IMG/VR virus record: IMGVR_UViG_3300027733_000034
Location: 1-64,000 of that record
Reading direction: 5' to 3' (one strand)
Origin: a virus
Length of the DNA: 64,000 nt
The position numbers and the translations under genes were made by a program. Position 1 is the stretch's first letter. Each line of letters begins with the position of its first letter. The notes below the pieces were generated by a model. It searched no databases. It worked only from the letters and a program-made list of their open reading frames with translations, and had not been told where the DNA came from. Below are positions 54,150 to 64,000 of the stretch, piece by piece.

Positions 54150-57100
54150 TTAACCAGCTCCTTCTATAATGTTATAGAAACCATCGACACAATTGATTTG
54201 TATTCCACCAGATCCAAGAGTTGGAAAATTTCCGGGGTTTGTTCTGCAATTTATAAATTTACCCGCAATGCTGGAACCAAACCAACCGAAGGCAAAACTA
54301 CCATTAGCTGTACAATTTGAAAATATACCAGTAATAGTAGTAGAACCGGCGGAAGCATTACCACCAAATGCATAATTGCCGGTGGCGGTGCAGTTGGTAA
54401 ATGTACCGGATACATTACTAGCACCACCGCCAAATGAATAACCTCCTGTAGCGATACAGTTAGAGAATATACCACTAGCAATACCAGCAGTTCCACCACC
54501 AAATGCATTTGTTCCGGTGGCCGTACAATTAGTAAATATACCACTGGCAGAACCTCCTCCACCACCGAATGCATTATTACCGGTTACAATACAATTAGTA
54601 AAAGTACCACTAGCAACTCCATTACCACCAAATGAATATGATCCATTTGCTGTACAATTAGTATATGTTCCTGGATAGGTTCCAAACCATTGCATATCTT
54701 GAGCAAATATTATGCTATCCATTTTGGAGGAGAGTGTATTGGACGGGCCTGGTACATAAGAAGTAATACCACTTAAAGTAACCGCTTTTGTTAAACAATT
54801 ATTAAGAGTGTTAGAACAGCTTAATGTAACCGAGGCAGATGAATTAATTATAACATGAGAAGGATCTCCGGTTACTCCAATTACATCCACAAATTCAGTA
54901 GTTAAATTAAGGACATTTGCTCCTAAATTATAGGTTCCTGGATAAATTAAAAGAACTGCTCTGTTGGAGGTAGATTTATCTAAACCATTAGGAGTCAAGG
55001 CTGTTGCCGCTGCATATTTAGTTAGTAAATTATCTCCTGGAATCGCTGCTATGTAAGAAGATGCGGATAACGGTAATTTGGTACTTAAATCTATCCCAGT
55101 TAATTTGCTTCCGTCTCCGTAATGAGTACCACTTAACATAGGAGCACTTACGGAAGTAGTGATTGTAAGATTTCCTTGCAAAACAGAATCTGTATAAGAT
55201 GCATATAAGTATCCCACATTGACGTATGTATCTCCACTACCTGGTTCGTCTATGTTTGTAGCTAGTGTTATAACTTTGCTATCAGAAGATATAGCAGCTG
55301 CTACGTAATTTGAAGCAGAATCTGCTAGAACCCATGTAGTGCCCCAATCTGTTGATTTATATAACTGTCCTAAACCAGATAAAACTATTTGAATACGTCC
55401 ATCAGACGACATTTTTGCTTTTATAAATGCAGTTGTAGAAAAATAATTATTTAATGTCCAGTTAGATCCATAGTTATTTGATGTGTATATCCCAGCAGCT
55501 GTAACAGCCGTTTGATATTTACCGTCAGCAGACATTGCTATGTCATAATAATTTTGAGAAATCCCGTAAGGATTCCAATTTGTTCCATAATCTGTAGAAA
55601 TATATATTTGACTTCCGTATGCCACAGCCGTTTGATATTTGCCGTTTGAAGACATTGCTATACCCCGATAGTCTAATGTAGGTCCAGTTGTAGTAAATGT
55701 AGTTGCTCCAAAGTTTAATGATGTATATATACGTCCACCAGAATTTTCTACTACAGTCTGATATTTTCCATCAGAAGACATTGCAACTGCTTTATGTGTG
55801 CGAACTGGTCCTCTGTTCGCACTCCAGGTTATTCCATAATCATAAGATACAGATATTTTACCATCAGCAGAACATGCAATTTGATATTTACCGTCTGTAG
55901 ACATTGCCACATCTCTCCATACACTATATGCTCCATAATTCACGCTCCATGTCACACCATAATCTGTGGATCTGTATATATAATATGCCAAAATCCCGTT
56001 TCCACCAGCTACAGCTGTTTGATATTTTCCGTCAGAAGACATTGCGACTCCTTTATAGGGAGGTTTCCACGCAACTCCTCTTTGAACAAAATTAGTTCCA
56101 ATAGAACCATCCATCAAATATAATTGCTGCTCTTTAATACCTGTTCTGCCAAAATAAGCACCTCCTTCATTTTGCCCCAGGAGCATATTACTAGTTGAAA
56201 AAGTACCAGCTTGAGCACTTAAAGAGGTAGCAGAAACAAAAGTGTTGATAGTTAAACCCGTATTAAAAGTCAAGTTGCTTCCATCTCCATAATGTGTACC
56301 ACTTAAAGCCGGTGCAGAAACAGATGTATTAAATGTACCAATATTACCACTTAAAGCCGGAGCAGAAACTGCTGTAACAAAGGAAGCTATCAAAGTACTA
56401 GGTTTATAAAGACCGGTTAAATTACTTCCATCCCCATAGAGGGAAGAAGCTGTAATATTACCATTACTACTGATATCTCCGTTTACCGTTAACTTGGTCC
56501 CCGGAGTAACTGTCCCAATTCCTACATTTCCAGTAGAGTCTGCTATAAACATTCTAGAAGCATTAAAAGTAAAAAATTCTAAACCATTATCTACAACATT
56601 TTTGGCTATTCTAGTATTTCCGTTTATAAAAGAAACACTAGAATTTGATGTTAGGTTGTTGAAGAAAGAACCACCATTGACTTCTAATTTATAACTCGGA
56701 GCAGATGTACCAATTCCAACATTGCCACTGCTCAAAACTGTCATTAATTCAGATGAAGTTACACCATTAAAAATACGCAATCTACTGTTATCAGCATTAG
56801 CAACATCACTATAAACATCTAAAATAAAAGAAGTTGCATTATCTGAAGGTCTTGCAAAATTAAGTTGTCCACCTTCTTGAGCAGCGGTGCTCTTAAGAGT
56901 TAGGTCTATAGAAGTTATTGTACCAGAGGCACTAAGATTTCCTTTTATGGTTGAACTTCCCGAAGTTACATTTCCAAGAGCCGTTAAACTATTAAAGGTT
57001 GCAGAACCAGAAGCACTTATATTTCCAGTTACAGTGGTAGAACCTGTTATAGAAACAGAATTAGTTATAGAAGCGCTGGTAGATGTTAAAGTATTAAATA

Positions 57101-58442
57101 TGGCTGAATTGTTAGTACTAAGATTACCAAATAAGGTCAATCCAGAGTTTGCTGTCAAGGGTTTAGCTAAAGAAATACCATTAGCATTGAATCTAGCAGA
57201 TTCTACTCCAGCAGAAGAATTTATAATAACAACATTTGGTGTGGAAGGATGAGAACCACCATAAAGAGCAATATTACCACCATTAACATCTGTATCACTA
57301 ACACCAAGCCCGCCCCAAAGAGACCAGGCACCTGTGTCTGCATTACCTCTTATATTTCCTACACCAGCTATAACTTTGTTATTGAGATCTAATTTGCTTC
57401 TAACTAGAGAACCGCCAATAGCCACAGAACCAGGAGTAGTTATATTTCCACTGCCCAAAGTTAGGTCTCCAGCAGAAATTACTAAACTTCCAGTACCGAG
57501 ATGAAGATAATTAGAAACTACTCCACCAGTTAAGTTTAATTTAGTAGAATCTTTTATGTTACTCAAGAAAGTACCGTCTCCATAGTGAGTACCACTTAAA
57601 GCTGGAGAAGATACATAAGAACTAAAGGTAGCTGCAGATGATAAAAGAGAGTTGTTGACAGTACCGGTGGTTAATTGAGAAGCATTTAAAGAATTTAAAT
57701 TACTACCATTTCCGGCTATAGAAGGAGCAGATACAGAAGAATAAAAAGTGCCAGTAGTACCAAAGAAGCCATTAGTAGCACTAACTTCTCCAACAACTGT
57801 CAGAGTTTTGTTTGGAGAAGAAGTGTTAATGCCTATGTAAGGAACTTGAGTACTGGAATTATAACCTCCAATATGCAAAACTTCCTTACCTTGATCTATG
57901 TCATAAAAAGAAGCAATATCTGCATTATTATTACCTCCTATCCACAAAGCCACTCCGCCTCCAGTATTGACTACACTCAGAGCACTGGTTGTGGTAAATG
58001 TTGTATTAACAAAAGTAGAATTTCCAGTTGCAGATATATTACCAAAAACAGTTAGATTACCATTATTGATGGTTACATTTCCGTTAAGATTTCCTCCACC
58101 AGAAGATCTTAATACCCCAGTAAGATTACTACCGTCACCATAAAAAGTTCCAGACATTGCCGGAGCAGAAACCGAGGCAGAGAATGTTGCAGCACTGGGT
58201 GCGGTGTAAATATTAGAAAGTCTACTACCATCACCGTATAAATACCTGCCACTTAAAACTGGAGCAGATACAAATCCCAAAGAACTTAAATTGTTGACAT
58301 AACTAGTGTTGTCCAATGTGGTAGAGATACCCGTGCCTATAACATAGGAATTGACATTAGATACAACATTATTCAAACCCACGATAGAACCTCCACCGGA
58401 AGTAGGTTCAAACATGGTAATAGGCACTCTAGTAAGACTCAT
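54150..58442 (-). CDS. long tail fibre protein (fibre repeats, BNR propeller, C-terminal beta-helix)
   Basis: GNVGIGT and SAPALSG..YGDGS.L repeats; AMSSDGKYQTAV blades; SG.F.NC.A.G..AFG repeats. Confidence 0.82.
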   Translation of the reverse strand: MSLTRVPITMFEPTSGGGSIVGLNNVVSNVNSYVIGTGISTTLDNTSYVNNLSSLGFVSAPVLSGRYLYGDGSRLSNIYTAPSAATFSASVSAPAMSGTFYGDGSNLTGVLRSSGGGNLNGNVTINNGNLTVFGNISATGNSTFVNTTFTTTSALSVVNTGGGVALWIGGNNNADIASFYDIDQGKEVLHIGGYNSSTQVPYIGINTSSPNKTLTVVGEVSATNGFFGTTGTFYSSVSAPSIAGNGSNLNSLNASQLTTGTVNNSLLSSAATFSSYVSSPALSGTHYGDGTFLSNIKDSTKLNLTGGVVSNYLHLGTGSLVISAGDLTLGSGNITTPGSVAIGGSLVRSKLDLNNKVIAGVGNIRGNADTGAWSLWGGLGVSDTDVNGGNIALYGGSHPSTPNVVIINSSAGVESARFNANGISLAKPLTANSGLTLFGNLSTNNSAIFNTLTSTSASITNSVSITGSTTVTGNISASGSATFNSLTALGNVTSGSSTIKGNLSASGTITSIDLTLKSTAAQEGGQLNFARPSDNATSFILDVYSDVANADNSRLRIFNGVTSSELMTVLSSGNVGIGTSAPSYKLEVNGGSFFNNLTSNSSVSFINGNTRIAKNVVDNGLEFFTFNASRMFIADSTGNVGIGTVTPGTKLTVNGDISSNGNITASSLYGDGSNLTGLYKPSTLIASFVTAVSAPALSGNIGTFNTSVSAPALSGTHYGDGSNLTFNTGLTINTFVSATSLSAQAGTFSTSNMLLGQNEGGAYFGRTGIKEQQLYLMDGSIGTNFVQRGVAWKPPYKGVAMSSDGKYQTAVAGGNGILAYYIYRSTDYGVTWSVNYGAYSVWRDVAMSTDGKYQIACSADGKISVSYDYGITWSANRGPVRTHKAVAMSSDGKYQTVVENSGGRIYTSLNFGATTFTTTGPTLDYRGIAMSSNGKYQTAVAYGSQIYISTDYGTNWNPYGISQNYYDIAMSADGKYQTAVTAAGIYTSNNYGSNWTLNNYFSTTAFIKAKMSSDGRIQIVLSGLGQLYKSTDWGTTWVLADSASNYVAAAISSDSKVITLATNIDEPGSGDTYVNVGYLYASYTDSVLQGNLTITTSVSAPMLSGTHYGDGSKLTGIDLSTKLPLSASSYIAAIPGDNLLTKYAAATALTPNGLDKSTSNRAVLLIYPGTYNLGANVLNLTTEFVDVIGVTGDPSHVIINSSASVTLSCSNTLNNCLTKAVTLSGITSYVPGPSNTLSSKMDSIIFAQDMQWFGTYPGTYTNCTANGSYSFGGNGVASGTFTNCIVTGNNAFGGGGGSASGIFTNCTATGTNAFGGGTAGIASGIFSNCIATGGYSFGGGASNVSGTFTNCTATGNYAFGGNASAGSTTITGIFSNCTANGSFAFGWFGSSIAGKFINCRTNPGNFPTLGSGGIQINCVDGFYNIIEGAG

Positions 58443-58496
58443 ATGTAATATTTATCTTTAAAATTGAGTAATTAAATTTTTAAAGATATTTAACAC

Positions 58497-59108
58497 TTAT
58501 TTTTTATAGCCATACAATTCAAATATAGGTTTTTCTGTATTATATATGAGTTCTTTGGCTTCTTCTGATATTCCTCGTTTATAATCTTGTTTATTACTCC
58601 ATTGAGTTAAAGATTCATTAGTGTCAGATTGTTGTACTAATTCCCAATATCTGGAAGTTTCAAATACTTCACCAGCATTTGACAACGCTGTGTAAAGGTC
58701 TTCAAATAGGTTTTCTGTTTTACCCACAAAGTGCATTTTAACGTCACTAGCGTAGCTCTGATCTGTACCTGTATACCTTGATACAAGCTTTGAGTACAGC
58801 CCCAGCCAAAATGGGCCGTAATCTTTTAACCATGATTCAAAGTCAGGAGACTCTCGCTCCATAGAGCTAAATCTTGTGTTTTTGCTCCACTCATAGAATG
58901 AAGGCCACCAAGTATAAGGATGCCTAACAAAACAAAAATTATATGTATCTTTGCTGTCGATCATCTGATGTAAAAACAGATGTCCGTCTTGTGGACTATT
59001 ATACCGATGCTTTGGTAACGTTAGATGAAACAGAAATGCCTGCAGAAAAGTACCAGCACATTTAGGAATATGTATAAAGCTAGACTTAGGAAGTAGTAAG
59101 TTGCTCAT
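58497..59108 (-). CDS. sulfotransferase family 2 domain protein
   Basis: FIHIPKCAGT, FCFVRHPY....SFY, FVGK.ENL..D. Confidence 0.8.
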   Translation of the reverse strand: MSNLLLPKSSFIHIPKCAGTFLQAFLFHLTLPKHRYNSPQDGHLFLHQMIDSKDTYNFCFVRHPYTWWPSFYEWSKNTRFSSMERESPDFESWLKDYGPFWLGLYSKLVSRYTGTDQSYASDVKMHFVGKTENLFEDLYTALSNAGEVFETSRYWELVQQSDTNESLTQWSNKQDYKRGISEEAKELIYNTEKPIFELYGYKK

Positions 59109-59184
59109 TATTTTAACAAACCTTTAATTTTAGAAGCAAACATTTCTCTGTCATAGTTTTCAAATTTTTTCATATTATACCTAG

Positions 59185-60399
59185 TTATATAATCTCATAC
59201 TGATTATTGTTTTGATAATCTTGTAGGAAAAGTTCAATATGTTTAAGTTTAGTTTTGGCGTCTAATGGAGGTGCTATAAAGTGTATAAGACAAGTGTTTT
59301 CTGTAATATTATAGACCGTAACATTTGTAGTATTTATAATACTCATATGATTTTGTAATATAGTGTCATCTGTTATATATGATTTGCAGAAATAATAACA
59401 CATAAAAGATTGCTCAAAAAAGTATTCACCGGTCCATCTTTCCATAAACCAGCAAACATTATTAAAATGGGCTCTCATGCGATCTGAGTTTCTAAATAGG
59501 AATTGACCAGCATTAAAGGGCATTTGTTTTGCCATTTGCATTTCATTTACATGAGATTGGTCTAGAAATTCAAAACCATGATGAAAGGTTTTGTGATGCC
59601 AAAAAGCTAAATTTGAGTTTCTTGCAGTGTATAAAGTGTCGTGGTTGATATTTTGATTTAGAATTGTGTTTATATCTCCAAGACATATTACGTCACAGTC
59701 TAGAAACAACACCTTATCATATTCTTCAATATTCTCATACTCAAACACCCTAACTTTGTTTTGAGAGGCCACTACACCATCAAAAGGAGTTTCTGTTATG
59801 TAAAACTTAGGAGTTATCTTTTTTACAAACGACTGCTTGAGAATCAATTCTTTGGTGTTTTTATCAGTTATTAGCAACAAATCAAAGTTAGCTTTACTAT
59901 AATTGAGTATTGATTCTATAGATTTGTTCAATAACTCAACATAACCTGTATTGAAATAAATAGTGTAATATACTAGATTTTTTGTACCCTTGCTGTCTAT
60001 GGGCTGCATAGTGGCTTCTATAATTTTTAAATCAATTTCTGACAAACACTTTAATCTTCCTTCGTTTGTGTCTTCATAAAAATCAGATACTTTATATCTG
60101 ACACAAGACTGAACCGCTGCAGCCGTTTTTGACCTGTATATAGCGCCAGTTTTGTTGGTGAACTTGAAAATTTCTGTGGTTTTATTTTTATAAATTATTC
60201 GGTATTGAATCTTTGCACAATTTTCAAAAACATTATTATGCAGGTCTACAAAATCAACTGCAGCTATATGTTGTAGAGTTATATCAGAGCCAACAAATGC
60301 CGAAGTGTTGCCTTCTGCATCTACTGTTGCAGTTTCTAGAAACACGGTTTCTAATATATCAACATTTAATTTTAATTTTTCAGGTATTGATATTTTCAT
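59185..60399 (-). CDS. glycosyltransferase family 8-like protein
   Basis: YDKVLFLDCD (DxD), FNAGQF, EQSFM, IHF. Confidence 0.78.
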   Translation of the reverse strand: MKISIPEKLKLNVDILETVFLETATVDAEGNTSAFVGSDITLQHIAAVDFVDLHNNVFENCAKIQYRIIYKNKTTEIFKFTNKTGAIYRSKTAAAVQSCVRYKVSDFYEDTNEGRLKCLSEIDLKIIEATMQPIDSKGTKNLVYYTIYFNTGYVELLNKSIESILNYSKANFDLLLITDKNTKELILKQSFVKKITPKFYITETPFDGVVASQNKVRVFEYENIEEYDKVLFLDCDVICLGDINTILNQNINHDTLYTARNSNLAFWHHKTFHHGFEFLDQSHVNEMQMAKQMPFNAGQFLFRNSDRMRAHFNNVCWFMERWTGEYFFEQSFMCYYFCKSYITDDTILQNHMSIINTTNVTVYNITENTCLIHFIAPPLDAKTKLKHIELFLQDYQNNNQYEII

Positions 60400-60411
60400 T
60401 AATTTTATTTA

Positions 60412-62553
60412 TTAATCTGTGTAGCCGTCACAAACAGCTGACCCATTAATTACGCCACTACCGTTTACTAACCATTTTGTGTTACTATTAGTCGGTAAAA
60501 ATGACCCTTCAGTATAAGCATTATTCAGGTTGGTATTGGTATACAATTCTACTCCAATTGCTAACATAGAGGAAGGGGTATATACGGCTTTGGTTGTAGA
60601 ATCATTACAACGTAAACTTCCATCCCACTGATACACTATAGTAACAACACCGGAGCCATTAGTGGTGATATGACGTATTTGGGGAGCATTTCCTTGTGTA
60701 AAATATGTATTGTTAACTGTTTCGTTAGCATTTTGATATGCGTAGAGAATGCTACCATCTACTAGTGTTGCATCATCAGACCAATATGCATCATGTTGAT
60801 ATGGGTGGTTGATGGCTGTTATAGTAACAGAGCCGGATCCGTTTGTACTTGTTGCAAATCCACTAATTTCTTCAAAACCCACATTATTAGCGGTCTCGTT
60901 GGTGTGTTGTCCGGTGTAAAGAATACTACCATTTACTAATGTTGGATCATCAGACCAATATGCATCATGTTGATATGGGTGATTGCTTGGTACTGTAGGT
61001 GCTGCCGTGGCGCCAAAGTTTAACAACAATTGAGTGCCCGTTACAAGTGTGGGTAATGATGTCGGAACTGAGAAGTTGCTTGTATAGACCGCTGTACCAA
61101 GCACCAAACGAACACCAACTAAACGACCAGATAATACTTCTGCAGTATGATGCTTTGCGGTACCAATATAGATATCAGAAAAATCCAATTCGTCTGTGGA
61201 TGCAACACTAGCTATAGAGATGCTATTGACATACACACTAAACGTGCCTGAAGATCTAACCAACGCTATATGATTCCAAACATTTTGATTCAAATAACTG
61301 TTGTCGCCGCTTAGAACAATATTATTGTGTATATACAGATTATCCCACGTGCCATTACTACTAACTCTTAATAGTATACCGTTTATATAATCTCCTAGTG
61401 AAGTAATGGCTCTATATGTTTCATTTGCTCCTGGTTTAACAAATGTTTCAAATGTAAAGTCACCAGATACAGTGCTTAAGGTTGCGTCAGTTAAGTTTAA
61501 ATATCCGCCAGAGAAATCTGCAGCTTTAACTCCATTGCCTTCATCATGCTGAGTTACAGAACCATGAGGAGATACAATGTGTCTATAAATTGAGGAATCT
61601 AATAACCAATCAGTATTGATGCCGTTAACAAAATGCAGTTCTCCAAAGGATGTAGAATATCCATTAGGTGAACTGTAACCATCATATTGTAATGTAAATA
61701 TGGTATAACTAAGAGAACCAGTATATGGAGTACCTTCTGTATAAAATTTACCGTCTCCGTGTATTGTATAACTATATGGCGTAATATTGTAACTTCCGTC
61801 TATTGTAGAGTCTAAAAAGACATCATTCAACACTGGAGCAGTTGTAGCACCAAAATTTGATAATAATACAGTTCCGTTAATGGCAGTTGGTAGAGTTGTC
61901 GGGACTGAAAAGTCACTAGTATATAAAGCAGACCCGATAACTTTACGAAAACCTGTAATATACCCAGAACGACAATCATAATATGGAGCGTTTGCACCCA
62001 AGACATAAGCTTGTAAGGTACTTGTAAAACTCACACCAGTGGTTCCAATCTTAGACCCGTCTATGAATAAAGACAACTGTCCAGAGGCATAAACAACTGC
62101 TATGTGATGCCAATTAGTGTCTCCCATGGGTATAACAGAAGTCAATAATGGAGAGTGAAAGAAAAATCCAACACCCACTTTTATGGTAGAATCATAGTTT
62201 CTAATCACATGCAATCCTTGATATTCTAAAGAAAATCCCGGATTCAATGGTGTAGCATATTTTTGATGAAAAAATGTATATCCATAATTAAAGGTGTCAA
62301 AGGCTGCGCCACATTTTACAAAAAATTCTATAGTAAAATTATCTGAACCGAGTACTTCTTGTGTTACATAATCTAATCTACCAGTCTGTATATTGGCGGC
62401 TTTGACACCATTTCCTTCTATATATTGAGTCACAGATCCGTTGAGTGTTACTTTGTGGTGTAAAGTTGATGTGTCTCTATACCAAAGTAAATTTTTATTA
62501 CCAAATCCACCAGCTTTACTGGATCCAGCTGCAGATGTACACATTAATGGCAT
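60412..62553 (-). CDS. LamG/ConA-like lectin domain protein (two domains)
   Basis: DNFTIEFFVK..WHHIAVV..LFIDG and DFTFETFVK..WNHIALVR..VYVN; duplicated HPYQHDAYWSDD. Confidence 0.8.
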   Translation of the reverse strand: MPLMCTSAAGSSKAGGFGNKNLLWYRDTSTLHHKVTLNGSVTQYIEGNGVKAANIQTGRLDYVTQEVLGSDNFTIEFFVKCGAAFDTFNYGYTFFHQKYATPLNPGFSLEYQGLHVIRNYDSTIKVGVGFFFHSPLLTSVIPMGDTNWHHIAVVYASGQLSLFIDGSKIGTTGVSFTSTLQAYVLGANAPYYDCRSGYITGFRKVIGSALYTSDFSVPTTLPTAINGTVLLSNFGATTAPVLNDVFLDSTIDGSYNITPYSYTIHGDGKFYTEGTPYTGSLSYTIFTLQYDGYSSPNGYSTSFGELHFVNGINTDWLLDSSIYRHIVSPHGSVTQHDEGNGVKAADFSGGYLNLTDATLSTVSGDFTFETFVKPGANETYRAITSLGDYINGILLRVSSNGTWDNLYIHNNIVLSGDNSYLNQNVWNHIALVRSSGTFSVYVNSISIASVASTDELDFSDIYIGTAKHHTAEVLSGRLVGVRLVLGTAVYTSNFSVPTSLPTLVTGTQLLLNFGATAAPTVPSNHPYQHDAYWSDDPTLVNGSILYTGQHTNETANNVGFEEISGFATSTNGSGSVTITAINHPYQHDAYWSDDATLVDGSILYAYQNANETVNNTYFTQGNAPQIRHITTNGSGVVTIVYQWDGSLRCNDSTTKAVYTPSSMLAIGVELYTNTNLNNAYTEGSFLPTNSNTKWLVNGSGVINGSAVCDGYTD

Positions 62554-62556
62554 ATA

Positions 62557-63102
62557 TTAAAAAGATATATTATAATTAGGAGAAGAAAATTGGGTCTGAG
62601 AAGCAAATATTTTAAAAACATTATTAGCAGTTTTAATTATTTGATACAAATATACATCAGAAGAATCTATATTACCAAAAGATGGAGGAGATTGTTGCCA
62701 AAATATTTGATTAGTGTTTATACTGTCTATAGATACGGCAGAACAATATCGAGCTATAGTTCCTTGTGGTGCCATGTGCTCTATGGTAAATGAATCTCCA
62801 GTTGATAGTAGAGAATTTAAAGAAGTGCTAACATTACCCCTAATATTTAATTTCCAATTTCCACTAGCGGAAACACTATGCATCAATATGCCTTGATTAA
62901 TAGCATCAAAATTAATAGTTCCACTAGGAACTGTGTTGCTAATAGTAATTTGTTCTCTTAAAGACTTAATTGTTGCTAAGGTTGGTACTGTAATATTTGT
63001 TATACTACTTCCATCTCCGTAATAACTTTGAGCAGAAAGGTTACTTGTTACCGTAACCGTATTATTGAAAATTTGAGGCTGAGAATGAATTTGTATGCTC
63101 AT
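62557..63102 (-). CDS. conserved phage tail-associated protein
   Basis: A.GNW.LN.RG, D.Y.Y.IIKTA...F...ASQTQF. Confidence 0.7.
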   Translation of the reverse strand: MSIQIHSQPQIFNNTVTVTSNLSAQSYYGDGSSITNITVPTLATIKSLREQITISNTVPSGTINFDAINQGILMHSVSASGNWKLNIRGNVSTSLNSLLSTGDSFTIEHMAPQGTIARYCSAVSIDSINTNQIFWQQSPPSFGNIDSSDVYLYQIIKTANNVFKIFASQTQFSSPNYNISF

Positions 63103-63113
63103 ATATAATATTA

Positions 63114-64000
63114 TTAACCTTCCCAGAGACGGATATATTTTTGGGCTCCATTAATTACTAAAGATATAAAGTCTCCTGTAGCAGTCATGGGTGTAGTTTT
63201 GGAAACTATATTTACAATATTTAAATTGCTGTTATAATTAGCAAATTTAAAATAATATACTCCAATACTAGCATTAAGAGGAGGAGTTGATGTAAAATTT
63301 AAAGAGCCACTATTTGCAACAGTTATAGTATAGTCTATTCCAGGTCTTTGAACCACACCCCCCAAAGATACCAGGTAATTGGTTGCAGAGGTACCACTAT
63401 AAGAAGAGCTAACACTAAATTGGTAAGCGGATCCATTGCCAACAAAACTTAAAAAGTCCGGAGAAGGTATTCCAAACGAACCATACAAATATTCATACAC
63501 CACAACACTTCCATCTAAACCTCCTATTTGAGGAGGAGGTGTGGTGAATTGAATAGTTCTGCCATTTGTATTGTTGATTGTAAAGTCTGTACCAGGTTTT
63601 TGTATAATACCATTTACAAACACAAAATAACGAGTGTTTTCTAGATTATAGGTACTGGCCAACATACTAAGATTGAAGGAAGAAACCACTCCATTACTAG
63701 AAAATATTTGGATATTGGGTCTTAAAGAATAATTTTCACTATAGTTATAAGCAAATATATCAACCTTTGAACTCAATGGAACTGTAGAGGTTGTTACCAA
63801 ACCATATACTTGATCTATTGTATAATTAACTGTTGGTTTTTGATGAATACCATCTATAAAAACGATATAATCATTGGCATATGTTCCTACAAAGGCATTT
63901 CCTGGAAGAGCAAAAGTTGTGGTGGAATTGTTAGAAACTGTATATGTAATAAAACTAGGTGCTTTATATGGATATAGAGTTGTAGAAAATCCTTGATCTA
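63114..64000 (-). CDS. structural protein with repeated V..GI.Q.P..DYTI modules (baseplate/tail), start outside the window
   Basis: frame stays open from 63800 to the window edge; three VFxxGIxQKP..DY/FTI modules. Confidence 0.75.
   Translation of the reverse strand, partial: DQGFSTTLYPYKAPSFITYTVSNNSTTTFALPGNAFVGTYANDYIVFIDGIHQKPTVNYTIDQVYGLVTTSTVPLSSKVDIFAYNYSENYSLRPNIQIFSSNGVVSSFNLSMLASTYNLENTRYFVFVNGIIQKPGTDFTINNTNGRTIQFTTPPPQIGGLDGSVVVYEYLYGSFGIPSPDFLSFVGNGSAYQFSVSSSYSGTSATNYLVSLGGVVQRPGIDYTITVANSGSLNFTSTPPLNASIGVYYFKFANYNSNLNIVNIVSKTTPMTATGDFISLVINGAQKYIRLWEG

Noticed and set aside
1-64000. Stop-codon reassignment as seen in some jumbo phages
   Set aside because: Long genes are intact in code 11, TAG and TGA act as stops, and no CTA/TCA suppressor tRNA is present.

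Overview
AT-rich 64 kb segment of a large T4-like (jumbo) tailed phage genome using the standard genetic code. 1-8 kb holds tightly packed small hypothetical genes on the minus strand. 8-18 kb holds a sulfotransferase, a Cys/Gly-rich beta-helix protein, an RlpA-like protein and an intact two-gene DUF1501 + planctomycete-cytochrome (PSCyt1/DUF1549/DUF1553) operon behind a perfect TATAAATA late-promoter box, which suggests a Verrucomicrobia/Planctomycetes host. 19.5-25.6 kb is a minus-strand array of about 21 tRNA genes interleaved with three endonuclease genes, tRNA fragments and unassigned structured RNAs. Several of these tRNAs are atypical: a tRNA-Thr with a 29-nt hairpin insertion in the anticodon, an A18/G55 elbow variant, and a tRNA-His without G-1. 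26-31 kb carries RNA healing/sealing genes (phosphoesterase, kinase, two RNA ligases) and holin-like genes. 33-35 kb has Hsp20 and DUF932. 35.6-64 kb is a large virion tail/adhesin region (vWA, LamG, beta-propeller, gp38-like polyglycine, S74 chaperone) plus a second sulfotransferase and a GT8. Most promoters appear to give leaderless mRNAs. All family assignments come from motif recognition by eye; no searches were run.
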